The position numbers were made by a program, and so were the translations under genes. The notes below the pieces were generated by a model. The model was not told the DNA's origin. It was given only the letters and a program-made list of their open reading frames with translations, and searched no databases. Below are positions 1 to 8,827 of a DNA stretch of 20,000 bases, piece by piece. Source of the stretch: an uncultured virus (IMG/VR IMGVR_UViG_3300047319_000709). Taxonomy: Duplodnaviria; Heunggongvirae; Uroviricota; Caudoviricetes. The stretch lies in the IMG/VR virus record IMGVR_UViG_3300047319_000709. One strand, 5' to 3'. Each line of letters opens with the position of its first letter. Positions within the stretch are counted from its first letter, which is position 1.

Positions 1-41
1 GTTTGTCGCCAACATAGCAAGCAGAATCGCGAATTGCCGCA

Positions 42-689
42 TCATTCACTTTCCTTTTTAACTGCGCCGAAGTCGTCGGGATTGAACCTCGGGCATACGT
101 CGCAGTGCCGCGCTGCGCCCTCCGCCTGGATCTGATCAGATATTGATGCGGGATGCCCGCGCTGAGGCCGGAACCACTGCAGCATATGCCGACAAGGGAA
201 TACGAAGACCCCATTTTCTGAGGCCGCTTCGTAGTGCCTGAAGTGCGGCGTTATATGGTCGAACGTCCGATGCGGTGCCAGCGGATTGAATGGGTCGTCC
301 ACCATCCTGAAGCAGTGCGCCCTGTGGTCTCGAGCAGCGCACGAATCGGCGAAACATTTCAATACCGCCTCGATCTCGAACGCGGGCTCCATTTCGCCGA
401 TGACCATACGCCCTTGCGCATAGAAATGAGTACCTCGCCAGCCTCGAACGTAGTGGATAAGGTCCATCGCCTGAGTGGCACCATCAAACGTCCTGGCGAA
501 TCCCGCAACATGAATCTTGAGGGTCTCAAGGTCTCGCTCTGCGAATAGCGTTGCGCGCCTGGCCACTTCCATGGCCCACGGAAATGCCTCCGATCGACTT
601 CGCAGGAACAGAACGAGCACCAGATAGTCGCGCGACGTCCTCAACAGATTGTCGTGCGCAAAGAAACTTGGTGAGTGGGTATCTGGCAT
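42..689 (-). CDS. Hypothetical Cys/His-rich protein (about 215 aa), antisense moron in the baseplate operon
   Basis: Part of ORF 42..881. The ATG at 689 (MPDTHSPS) avoids overlap with the 714 gene. C-terminal CFADSC...HC, FPCRH and HCDVC motifs. Confidence 0.7.
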   Translation of the reverse strand: MPDTHSPSFFAHDNLLRTSRDYLVLVLFLRSRSEAFPWAMEVARRATLFAERDLETLKIHVAGFARTFDGATQAMDLIHYVRGWRGTHFYAQGRMVIGEMEPAFEIEAVLKCFADSCAARDHRAHCFRMVDDPFNPLAPHRTFDHITPHFRHYEAASENGVFVFPCRHMLQWFRPQRGHPASISDQIQAEGAARHCDVCPRFNPDDFGAVKKESE

Positions 690-713
690 AGATAAATGGA
701 AATGGTCAAGTAA

Positions 714-1118
714 ATGCGCACATATGGGCGAATCCTGAACGAGGACGGTTCGAAAACATGGGTTGTGGTCGAGACCGATGCGAACGGATACAACGACAAC
801 GTTTATCTGACTACTCTCGCGCAATGTCTGAAACTGAATCTTGGCGAGAGTCCGATCTACGCGAACTACGGTATCCCTCAATACCAGACGATCGTGACGC
901 AGGTCTTGCCTGATTACTACGTTATGCAGACGCAGACGCAGTTCTCGCAGTACTTCGCGTCACTCACGATTAACCGGGTGCAGGGCTCGTCTCCGCCCGT
1001 CTATAACGTCAGTGCGGTGTGCCACAGCGGCGCAATCCTGACTCCGTATGTGGATTCATCGATCAACGCTCCGCAACTCGACAGCACTTTCATTCTCAAT
1101 CAATCGGCCCTGGCATGA
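714..1118 (+). CDS. Phage baseplate protein (gp25/gpW/gp46-like)
   Basis: MRTYGR...TDANGYNDNVYLTTL..LKLNLGESP resembles small baseplate proteins found upstream of baseplate J. Stop overlaps the next start (ATGA). Confidence 0.7.
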   Translation: MRTYGRILNEDGSKTWVVVETDANGYNDNVYLTTLAQCLKLNLGESPIYANYGIPQYQTIVTQVLPDYYVMQTQTQFSQYFASLTINRVQGSSPPVYNVSAVCHSGAILTPYVDSSINAPQLDSTFILNQSALA

Positions 1119-2479
1119 TTCGACGCACTCTCTTTCTGCTCGCGTTTGTTTGTTCAACGGCCAACGCACAGTTTACGCCCGGTCAAATTCTGACGGCGTC
1201 TCAACTTAACGCCGCGTTAGCCGCAAAGACGAGCAATTCAGCTGCGGCGATCACGGGCGGCTCGATTACGAATGCCACCATCAACGGTGGAACGATGTCG
1301 GGTACTGCCATAACCGGCGGGACAATCTCGGGGCTGACGTCACCGCTTCCCGTCGCATCGGGAGGCACCGGCGCCACCGCGTCGACCGGATCAGGAAGCG
1401 TGGTCCTGGCCACCGCTCCAACAATTGCAGGTCTGACCGTAACTGGAACGTTCACCGCTCCCGGTTTAATCTCCCCCGCTTCGCTGGCGTCACAAGCGGC
1501 GAATACGGTACTCGCGAACGTCACGGCATCAAGCGCGTCTCCCACGGCGTTCGCGATGCCGAGTTGCTCGACGTCGACCAGTGCGTTGCAGTACACAAGC
1601 GGCACGGGATTTACCTGCTACGCCAATTCCGCCACGACGACCGGAACACTAGCGCAATTCGCATCCACCACCTCTGCACAACTGGCCGGCGTGTTGTCGG
1701 ACGAAACAGGCAGCGGCGCCGCGGTGTTCGGTACGAACCCGGCAATCAGCGGGGCAACAATCACCGGATCGTCGTATGCGGGCAGTGTCGCCGCAACCAC
1801 GCTGTCGGCAAGCAGTACTGTCAGCGGCACTGGCTTCAGCACGTATCTCGCGTCGCCTCCAGCGATCGGCGGCACCGCGCCAGCCGCGGGCACATTCACC
1901 AATCTCTCATCGAGTGGAACGGTCAGCGGAACCGGATTTAGCGCATATCTTGCTTCTCCGCCCGCCATTGGCACAACCACTGCGGCAGCCGGCAAGTTCA
2001 CCACCTTGCAAGCTACGTCCGCAATCACGCCAGCGTATCCCGCGGGCGTCGTAGGCAACACAACTGGCAGCAACGTGACGGCCGGCAGTGTTGGCGAACT
2101 GATTTCCTCGAACGTCCTTCAAGCTTCGGCCGTAAGTTTCCCCAACCAGACATCGACCAACGTCACGTCGATCACTCTGACGCCGGGCGACTGGGACATC
2201 TGGGGGCAATTTATTACCAAGCCTAGCAGCGTGACCTCCATTGCCCTGATTTCCGCATGGCTTAGCACAACGTCCGCGACGATGCCAACGGATTCTGATC
2301 CGGCGAAACCGTGGTTCTTCATGTCGACTGCCTTCACTGCCAGTCAGGGGACCGCCGTACAAACCGGCATGGGTCGGATCAATGTTTCAGCAACCACGAC
2401 ACTTTATCTGTCCGGCTCCGTGACGTTCTCCGGAGGCACGATGGCGGCGTACGGAAACATTCAGGCACGCCGCCGCTAA
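1115..2479 (+). CDS. Thr/Ser/Gly/Ala-rich tail fibre-like protein with a predicted Sec signal peptide
   Basis: ATG at 1115 is coupled to the upstream TGA. N-terminus MIRRTLFLLAFVCSTANA|QF. Contains LPVASGGTG fibre motifs, internal repeats and a beta-rich C-terminal domain. Confidence 0.7.
   Translation: MIRRTLFLLAFVCSTANAQFTPGQILTASQLNAALAAKTSNSAAAITGGSITNATINGGTMSGTAITGGTISGLTSPLPVASGGTGATASTGSGSVVLATAPTIAGLTVTGTFTAPGLISPASLASQAANTVLANVTASSASPTAFAMPSCSTSTSALQYTSGTGFTCYANSATTTGTLAQFASTTSAQLAGVLSDETGSGAAVFGTNPAISGATITGSSYAGSVAATTLSASSTVSGTGFSTYLASPPAIGGTAPAAGTFTNLSSSGTVSGTGFSAYLASPPAIGTTTAAAGKFTTLQATSAITPAYPAGVVGNTTGSNVTAGSVGELISSNVLQASAVSFPNQTSTNVTSITLTPGDWDIWGQFITKPSSVTSIALISAWLSTTSATMPTDSDPAKPWFFMSTAFTASQGTAVQTGMGRINVSATTTLYLSGSVTFSGGTMAAYGNIQARRR
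1802..2005 (+). repeat. Two tandem 34-codon (102 bp) intragenic repeats
   Basis: LSASSTVSGTGFSTYLASPPAIGGTAPAAGTFTN and LSSSGTVSGTGFSAYLASPPAIGTTTAAAGKFTT. Confidence 0.9.
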
Positions 2480-2546
2480 GACCATGCATACCAAGCCGCT
2501 CGCCCTGCGACGGCAACTTCCATTGCTGAACTGACCACTACGCCGC

Positions 2547-3962
2547 ATGAGCACAACGTCTATTCCACTGATAATGACGACGGCAGGGCCGCAGGCGACT
2601 CCCGTGGCGACGCTGTACGACACCCTGATCAATTATGTTGCCAATCAGGTTCCCGGCTACACGGCTAACCTTCCCGGCTCTCTGATCGACGATGTCGCGG
2701 GCACCGATACCGGCGCGCTCGTCGCGATCGATCAGGCGCGAGTTGATGCGATCAACAGCGTCAGTCCATATGGTGCCAATGCTTTTGTGCTGGCCCAACT
2801 CGGCGCTCAATTCGGGATCGCTCCAGGAGTGGGCGCAAACGGCAGTGTGTATGTGCAGTTCGCTGGTCCCGCTGGATACGTGTTCCAGAAAGGCTTCGTC
2901 GTGGGTGACGGGACCAATCAGTACGCACTTCAGGATGGTGGTGTCATCCAGGCCAACGGACTAAGCCCGCTCCTTTTTGCGGTAGCGACGACTAGCGGTA
3001 GCTTCGCTATTCCGGCCAACACCGTTAATCAGTTGGTGACGTCGGTTCCAAGCGCTTATGCAGTCACGGTTACGAACCCGGAGGCCGGAACTGCTGCAAC
3101 AACTACACAGAGCGTGCCGGACTATCGCGCGCAGGTGTTACAGGCAGGGTTGGTAGCAGCTACTGGAACGCCCGCTTACCTTAAGACTCTGCTTTACAAA
3201 ATCACGGGCGTTCAACAGCAACTAGTTTCGATTAACGCAGTTTCAGGCGGTTGGCAGGTCATCTGCGGAGGCGGTGATGCCTACGCCGTTGCGAACGCAA
3301 TTCTTCAGGGTGCCGGCGACATAGCACTGCTAAAGGGATCGCAATTGTCGATCACGACAATGACCGCAGCCAACCCGGTCGTCGTCACGACCAACCTGAA
3401 TCATGGATACGTCGCGGGCGGCACGGTTACAGTGGCGGGGGCTACGCCAAGCGCATACAACGGCACCTATACGATCGCCTCGGTCACGCCAACAACGATC
3501 ACGACGACGACTAACGGCAGCGGATTTGGTGCATATGTCGGTGGTGCCACGCTCAGTCCGAATCCTCGAAATGTGACGGTGTCCCTGTTCCAGAATCCCG
3601 ATACGTATTCGATAACCTTCGTCAATCCTCCGCAGCAAGTTGTGACAGTAGCGGTGACGTGGAATACGACTCTGCCCAACTTCACGGCAGGAACGTCGGT
3701 CAACCAGTTGGCAGCTCCAGCGCTCCAGTCATACATCAACTCGATCTACGTCGGGCAGCCGATCAACGAACTCGAGATGACGGCGGTGTTTCAGAGTGCG
3801 GTTTCTTCAGTTATCGCCGCGTCCAACATAACCACATTGCAGTTTGCAGTGACCATCAACGGTGTTCCGGCGTCCCCCGCAGCCGGCACCAGCATTATTG
3901 CCGGAGATGTTGAGGGCTACTTCTCTGCGAGTGCAACTGCGATCACGGTAACTCAAGGATAA
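2547..3962 (+). CDS. Baseplate J/gp47-like protein
   Basis: 471 aa. PGYTANLPGSLIDD, VQFAGPAGYVFQKGFVVGDG and QSVPDYRAQV are typical of J-like wedge proteins, and the gene position fits. Confidence 0.85.
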   Translation: MSTTSIPLIMTTAGPQATPVATLYDTLINYVANQVPGYTANLPGSLIDDVAGTDTGALVAIDQARVDAINSVSPYGANAFVLAQLGAQFGIAPGVGANGSVYVQFAGPAGYVFQKGFVVGDGTNQYALQDGGVIQANGLSPLLFAVATTSGSFAIPANTVNQLVTSVPSAYAVTVTNPEAGTAATTTQSVPDYRAQVLQAGLVAATGTPAYLKTLLYKITGVQQQLVSINAVSGGWQVICGGGDAYAVANAILQGAGDIALLKGSQLSITTMTAANPVVVTTNLNHGYVAGGTVTVAGATPSAYNGTYTIASVTPTTITTTTNGSGFGAYVGGATLSPNPRNVTVSLFQNPDTYSITFVNPPQQVVTVAVTWNTTLPNFTAGTSVNQLAAPALQSYINSIYVGQPINELEMTAVFQSAVSSVIAASNITTLQFAVTINGVPASPAAGTSIIAGDVEGYFSASATAITVTQG

Positions 3963-3964
3963 CC

Positions 3965-4864
3965 ATGGGCAATATCGAATCATTCTCGACTTTGCCGCTT
4001 CAGAAAACGATCCCGAGCTACCTATACCTTCAATACAGCGATGACGAGAACCTTCAGGCTTTCGTCGATGCGTTCAACTCGATTTCGCAAGGATATGTCG
4101 ACTGGTTCAACGACACACCGCTTGGCCTCTATACGTCGCCAAACATAACGGGCCCGCTGTTGGACTGGATAGGTAACGGTGTCTATGGAATTCCCCGCCC
4201 GGTTCTGTCGACGCAAACATCCACAACGATAGCTGGATACAACACCGCCCCCTATAACACAGTCCCATACAACGGCCTCAGCCACTCATCGTCTGGAACC
4301 GCAGAGATCGCTTCGGACGACATCTACAAACGTGTGATGACGTGGAACCTGTATCGCGGTGACGGGCAGGTTTTCAATATGGGCTGGCTCAAGAACCGGG
4401 TCAACAGGTTCCTCAACGGCGCGAATGGATCCGACTACACGGTACTGGACAATCCTCCATCGATAACCGTATCTGGGAACGTATTCACCATTACGTCGTT
4501 TGAGGATTCGAACTTTACGATCCTGCAGGAGTGCCTGAACAACGGTGTTCTAGCGTTTCCGTTTCAGTACACGTTCGCATTCGTCAATATCGGGTTCTTT
4601 AACGATGGCGGTGTTCTGTGGATGACTGCTCCGCTCAATTATCCGACTAGCCCCACAGGGTTAGCAGCGGGTTCCGTTTGGTACAACGGCGGCACCGTCT
4701 CTGTGATTCCGGGCATCACCCCCGATCCCCTGGCGCCGCCAGTCTATTTCGGAACACTTACCGCTTCGGGGCTGCTGGCCCTTGGCGGCGGAAATCTGCC
4801 TCTTATCAATCCGGGTTCAACCGGTCAACTCTGGAACAACGGCGGCGTCATCTCGATCGCCTGA
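3965..4864 (+). CDS. Baseplate wedge protein (gpI/gp48-like) with C-terminal WxNGG repeats
   Basis: Directly follows J. YLQYSDDENLQAFVDAFN, LLDWIGNGVYGIPRP and SDDIYKR motifs. Confidence 0.75.
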   Translation: MGNIESFSTLPLQKTIPSYLYLQYSDDENLQAFVDAFNSISQGYVDWFNDTPLGLYTSPNITGPLLDWIGNGVYGIPRPVLSTQTSTTIAGYNTAPYNTVPYNGLSHSSSGTAEIASDDIYKRVMTWNLYRGDGQVFNMGWLKNRVNRFLNGANGSDYTVLDNPPSITVSGNVFTITSFEDSNFTILQECLNNGVLAFPFQYTFAFVNIGFFNDGGVLWMTAPLNYPTSPTGLAAGSVWYNGGTVSVIPGITPDPLAPPVYFGTLTASGLLALGGGNLPLINPGSTGQLWNNGGVISIA

Positions 4865-4869
4865 CGACA

Positions 4870-5592
4870 ATGACAATTTTTACGTTCGCGAACAACGTCA
4901 ACACGACGTTGGCAGGACCGGTCTCGTCCAGCGCCACCTCGATAACGCTTTCAAATACCGCGAACCTGCCGGCATCGATTCCTGCCGGCCAGGTACTGGT
5001 AATCACGCTGAATGACGTCGCTACGCGCCAGAACTACGAAGTGGTGTATGCGACCGCGAGGACCGGATCGACATTAACAGTATTGCGCGGTCAGGAAGGC
5101 ACGGCAGCGCTTTCGTGGCTAACAGGAGACTACGCCTACAGCCCTCCTACTGCGGGACAGCAGTCGTCCTTTGGACAACTTGCGGCGGCCAATACCTGGG
5201 CGGGGCCAAACACGTTCACTGATCCTGTGGCTGTAGCGGCTGCTTCCTCCGCTGGACAAGCGGTGAATCTTGGTCAGTTCTCTGCGGACACTACTGGAAC
5301 AGGTCACCTTGTAATTCCGTGCTCCGTCGCGGGCGCTCTCGTTCCGATGGTCTTTCAGTGGGGGCAGGCTGTGACTAACGCCTCCGGGATTGCCACTCTG
5401 ACGCTCGATTTGCCGTTTCCGAATGCATTGCTGTCTGGAGTCGCAAACTACGTGAACAACGGCACAACGGTTACCAACAATCAAGCCTCTTTCTCCAATT
5501 TATCAACGAGATTGAACCTGGTGGCTGTAGTTGCGAACAACGGCTCTCCGGTCAACCTCGCTCAGGTCAACTTCATGGCGATCGGATATTAA
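4870..5592 (+). CDS. Short tail fibre protein
   Basis: ATG at 4870 (MTIFTFANNVNTTLAG). Virion-anchor-like N-terminus (LTVLRGQEGTAA). C-terminal QWG...LPFPNA...FMAIGY is typical of fibre tip domains. Confidence 0.75.
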   Translation: MTIFTFANNVNTTLAGPVSSSATSITLSNTANLPASIPAGQVLVITLNDVATRQNYEVVYATARTGSTLTVLRGQEGTAALSWLTGDYAYSPPTAGQQSSFGQLAAANTWAGPNTFTDPVAVAAASSAGQAVNLGQFSADTTGTGHLVIPCSVAGALVPMVFQWGQAVTNASGIATLTLDLPFPNALLSGVANYVNNGTTVTNNQASFSNLSTRLNLVAVVANNGSPVNLAQVNFMAIGY

Positions 5593-5808
5593 ATGAGTCA
5601 GGTGTTCGGATTACCTCAGCCACTTACCGGTAGCGAGACGGTGACCATCAGGCAAACACAGAACGGGCAAACCGCCCTATGCACGATGCCTCTTTCTTCC
5701 CTTCTTACGGTCATCACCCTTACCGCTCTCGCTTCCGGCCTACCGACAACTCGTCCCTCAGCCCCTGGCGTCGTCTGGAACAACGGCGGCGTAGTTTCAA
5801 TCTCCTGA
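5593..5808 (+). CDS. Small tail-associated protein ending in WNNGGVVSIS
   Basis: 71 aa, abuts the fibre gene, and shares its C-terminal motif with 3965..4864. Confidence 0.7.
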   Translation: MSQVFGLPQPLTGSETVTIRQTQNGQTALCTMPLSSLLTVITLTALASGLPTTRPSAPGVVWNNGGVVSIS

Positions 5809-5818
5809 TTCGAAAACA

Positions 5819-7564
5819 ATGAAGAAAATCATCATCGCGGCGCTGTTTGCGCCGCTGGCGGCGCTCGCCCAGACTTACCCTTCACCCACGTTCAACAGTA
5901 TTACGCTTCAAAATCCGTTGACGCCGGCCAACGGTGGAACCGGCGTCGCGAACTCCGGGACGATCACGCTTGGAGGAAGCTTTTCGACCACTGGCGGTAA
6001 CCCGCTTGTGCTCAATACGACAGCTCCCACCAATATCACGTTGCCGACCAGCGGTACCCTTCTGAACAGTTCCAGTGGCGCTACCGCAGGAGCTAACAGT
6101 AACATTACCTCGCTTTCCGGCCTGACGACGCCGCTGTCTGTCTCCCAAGGTGGAACGGGTTCGTCAACAGCGACTGGATCTGGTTCGGCAGTCCTGGCGA
6201 CCAGTCCTACGCTAGTCACCCCCAACTTGGGTACGCCTTCCGCGGCTACACTGACGAACGCCACGGGACTTCCCGTGTCGACCGGCATATCCGGTCTTGG
6301 AACCGGCGTGGCGGCGGCGCTCGCCAATGCAGTGACGGGCAGTGGTAGTCCCGTTCTGGCAACGTCCCCCACGCTTTCCAATGCGATTGTCGGGACGCAA
6401 TCTGCCGGCAACAACAGTACGCTCGCGGCGAGCACGGGGTTTGTCGCTGCTCACGCTCCTTGCCCTTCCATCCTCGACTACGGCGGCAATAACGGCGGAG
6501 TCGTATCGAACAATGCCGCATGGACGAATGCGGTGGCCGCGCAATCGACGGGCAACGTGTGTGTATTTTTTCCGCAAGGCACGTATTACTTCGCATCAAG
6601 CATCGGATATACGTTCCCGAACACCAACCCCAATTCGATAACCATTAAAGGCGTCGCGGCTGACTCGTCGATTCTGAAGTTTAACGCCACGTCATTCGGG
6701 ATATCCATCGCAGCAAACGGTCCGTTTTCCGGTATCCACATCAGAGATCTATCAGTCACCACAACCGCATCAACGCCGACCGGTGTTGCAATCAACCTGG
6801 CGCAGCAGCAGAGCACCATCGCCAATCCGGCCAACTCCGCTCTCTCGGATATCACAAATGTGACGACCCGCGGCGCTGACGGCTACGTTGTTACTGACGG
6901 GTGGTCGAATGGTGTAAATGTCGCGAGCGTATCGAACATCAACTTCACGAACCTCACTACGATCGGACCCTCAACCGCATCGTACGGAGTCATCCTGAAC
7001 GGCACGTCGACCGCTTTGGGCGTCGTGTACAACTTTCAGGGCTGTACCTTCAACTATCTTGGCATTGGCCTTTACTACGCGGCCTATGTGCAAGGAGTCA
7101 CTGTCAACCAGAGCAACTTCACTGGCGACACCAACGGGATCGTCGTCCCGACTGGTCAGGCAGGCCTCGACCAGTTGAGCGTGACGAATAGTCAGTTCAA
7201 CACCTACAACAACGGCATCCTTACCCAGTCGAACGTTGGCGTCATCATGATCGCCAACAATTTCTTTCTCGTCCAGAACAACAGCAACGGGATTTCGTTG
7301 CAGAACTACAGCGCATTCAGCATCATCGGTAACACGTTCAACCCTGCCGTTGCATCTCCGACTGGTACTCGCGGCATATACATCGACACCTGGGCGTCAA
7401 GCGCCGGTGTGATTACGGCTAATGCGATTCAGGAAATGACAACGGGCATCCTCCTCGGGTCGGGCTCCAAGTCTGTCAATGTGCAATCGAATGTCTACTT
7501 CGCTAACACGACCAACATTTCGAACAGCGGTACAGGCAATACGCTCGGCGGCGGCTCTCAATAA
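5819..7564 (+). CDS. Tailspike-like protein (fibre-like N-half plus right-handed beta-helix, pectate-lyase-like) with a predicted signal peptide
   Basis: MKKIIIAALFAPLAALA|QT. SILDYGG...NNAAW...VFFPQGTY..ITIKG is the usual beta-helix entry motif, followed by Asn/Gly/Ile-rich rungs. Confidence 0.8.
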   Translation: MKKIIIAALFAPLAALAQTYPSPTFNSITLQNPLTPANGGTGVANSGTITLGGSFSTTGGNPLVLNTTAPTNITLPTSGTLLNSSSGATAGANSNITSLSGLTTPLSVSQGGTGSSTATGSGSAVLATSPTLVTPNLGTPSAATLTNATGLPVSTGISGLGTGVAAALANAVTGSGSPVLATSPTLSNAIVGTQSAGNNSTLAASTGFVAAHAPCPSILDYGGNNGGVVSNNAAWTNAVAAQSTGNVCVFFPQGTYYFASSIGYTFPNTNPNSITIKGVAADSSILKFNATSFGISIAANGPFSGIHIRDLSVTTTASTPTGVAINLAQQQSTIANPANSALSDITNVTTRGADGYVVTDGWSNGVNVASVSNINFTNLTTIGPSTASYGVILNGTSTALGVVYNFQGCTFNYLGIGLYYAAYVQGVTVNQSNFTGDTNGIVVPTGQAGLDQLSVTNSQFNTYNNGILTQSNVGVIMIANNFFLVQNNSNGISLQNYSAFSIIGNTFNPAVASPTGTRGIYIDTWASSAGVITANAIQEMTTGILLGSGSKSVNVQSNVYFANTTNISNSGTGNTLGGGSQ

Positions 7565-7565
7565 G

Positions 7566-8774
7566 TCACGGCTGCCCCGTCGTGACTCCAGTACCTGGAT
7601 GAACGTCTGATGCCCGGTTGAGCCGCGTAATCGCGGCTTTTCCGATTGAGATACCGACCCGTTCAATCGCCGAGAACGTTGCAACCGACATTGCGACGGT
7701 GGTGACATACATGAAGGCGCAGGTGATCCAGAATGCAGAATTGTTTCCGAGAGCATAGGAAACAATAGCGGGACGGGTCATCACCATCGTAATGACGAGG
7801 CTGTGAAGCAGATACACGCTGTAGCTCATGTTACCCAAGCGATGCGCGCCCCGCGTTTGAAGCACTCCGAAGATTGACGTTCCGGAAACTATCATCATGA
7901 AAAATCCACCGAGCAGCAACGTGCCAACCGGCGAGTAGATGATGTCTGGGACACGAAACGCGGCGACGATCAAGGCGCAAGCGATGATGGACCGTATTGC
8001 TCCATCTCCTTTGAGGGCCGGTCGCGTGCGCATGATTGATGATGCGAGCATCCCGCACAGAAATTCGGCAAGAAACGACCTGAACGGCTCCGCGATCAGA
8101 CCGTCGACTGCCAGAACAAGAAACAGTGCTGATGCCGTCAATGCGACCGGACGTCCGAGGCGAGCAAATATAGACAATATCGGTAAGCTTGCGTAGAACA
8201 GCCACTCATAACGCAAGCTCCACACAGGTCCCACTACAGACATCGCAGCATCCATGTTCAAAAAAGGCGTTGGATTCTTGACGACCCCGAGTGCGAGCCA
8301 TTGGCCAATTTGAAAGACAGTTTGCTTGAACGGTTGGTCGATCTCAAAGTGGACGCGGCACAAAACCACTGCGAAGTACGACGCAATCAGGAAAAGATAC
8401 AGTGGATAGATCCTGAAGAAACGGTTGACATATAACTCCGCCCAGTTCACGGAATCGGCTTTAGCAAGAAGGCGACTCCAGAACAGGTAGCCGGTAATCA
8501 TGAAGAATATAGCTACGGCTGCGGGCCCAAGAGACATATAAAAATGGGAAGGTGCAGCCACTCCAAACTTCGCGCCATATCCATGCAGCACGAAATGATG
8601 GAATGCAACGGCTGTTGCAAGGATCCCGCGCAGGCCGTCGATAGAATCTAGTCGGTGCGCAAATACAGTCGGACTGACGTCCAGAAACCGGAGGAATCGC
8701 CCGGAAAGCGCGACCACAACCAGGCCGACAATGGCCATCATGGGCCATACCGAAAAAATGGATATATCAGGCAC
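7566..8774 (-). CDS. Acyltransferase_3 family (OafA/Oac-like) O-acetyltransferase
   Basis: RLDSIDGLRG, FFMITGY, RFFRIYP, WSLRYEWLFY and SYSVYLLH motifs; many TM segments. Confidence 0.92.
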   Translation of the reverse strand: MPDISIFSVWPMMAIVGLVVVALSGRFLRFLDVSPTVFAHRLDSIDGLRGILATAVAFHHFVLHGYGAKFGVAAPSHFYMSLGPAAVAIFFMITGYLFWSRLLAKADSVNWAELYVNRFFRIYPLYLFLIASYFAVVLCRVHFEIDQPFKQTVFQIGQWLALGVVKNPTPFLNMDAAMSVVGPVWSLRYEWLFYASLPILSIFARLGRPVALTASALFLVLAVDGLIAEPFRSFLAEFLCGMLASSIMRTRPALKGDGAIRSIIACALIVAAFRVPDIIYSPVGTLLLGGFFMMIVSGTSIFGVLQTRGAHRLGNMSYSVYLLHSLVITMVMTRPAIVSYALGNNSAFWITCAFMYVTTVAMSVATFSAIERVGISIGKAAITRLNRASDVHPGTGVTTGQP

Positions 8775-8827
8775 CGCGTTCGCCTTCTTTGGGTCTAAAA
8801 AATCGCAGCCTTAACGAATTCTGGGAT

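Noticed and set aside
1019..1114. Upstream extensions of ORF-track calls (1019, 4678, 11455, 13644, 881, 15580)
   Set aside because: They overlap neighbouring genes or a terminator; downstream coupled starts fit better.
1201..2362. Long antisense ORFs over the fibre genes (also 5882-6599)
   Set aside because: These are shadow frames of GC-rich, low-complexity coding sequence with no RBS or recognisable motifs.
2484..2534. 16-codon mini-ORF and weak hairpin before baseplate J
   Set aside because: Too short, with no RBS and an imperfect stem; no independent support.
4830..5808. Repeated gene 3' ends as a DGR template/variable repeat or an invertible shufflon
   Set aside because: Only about 19-35 bp, in direct orientation, with differences that are not adenine-specific, and no reverse transcriptase or invertase in the window.
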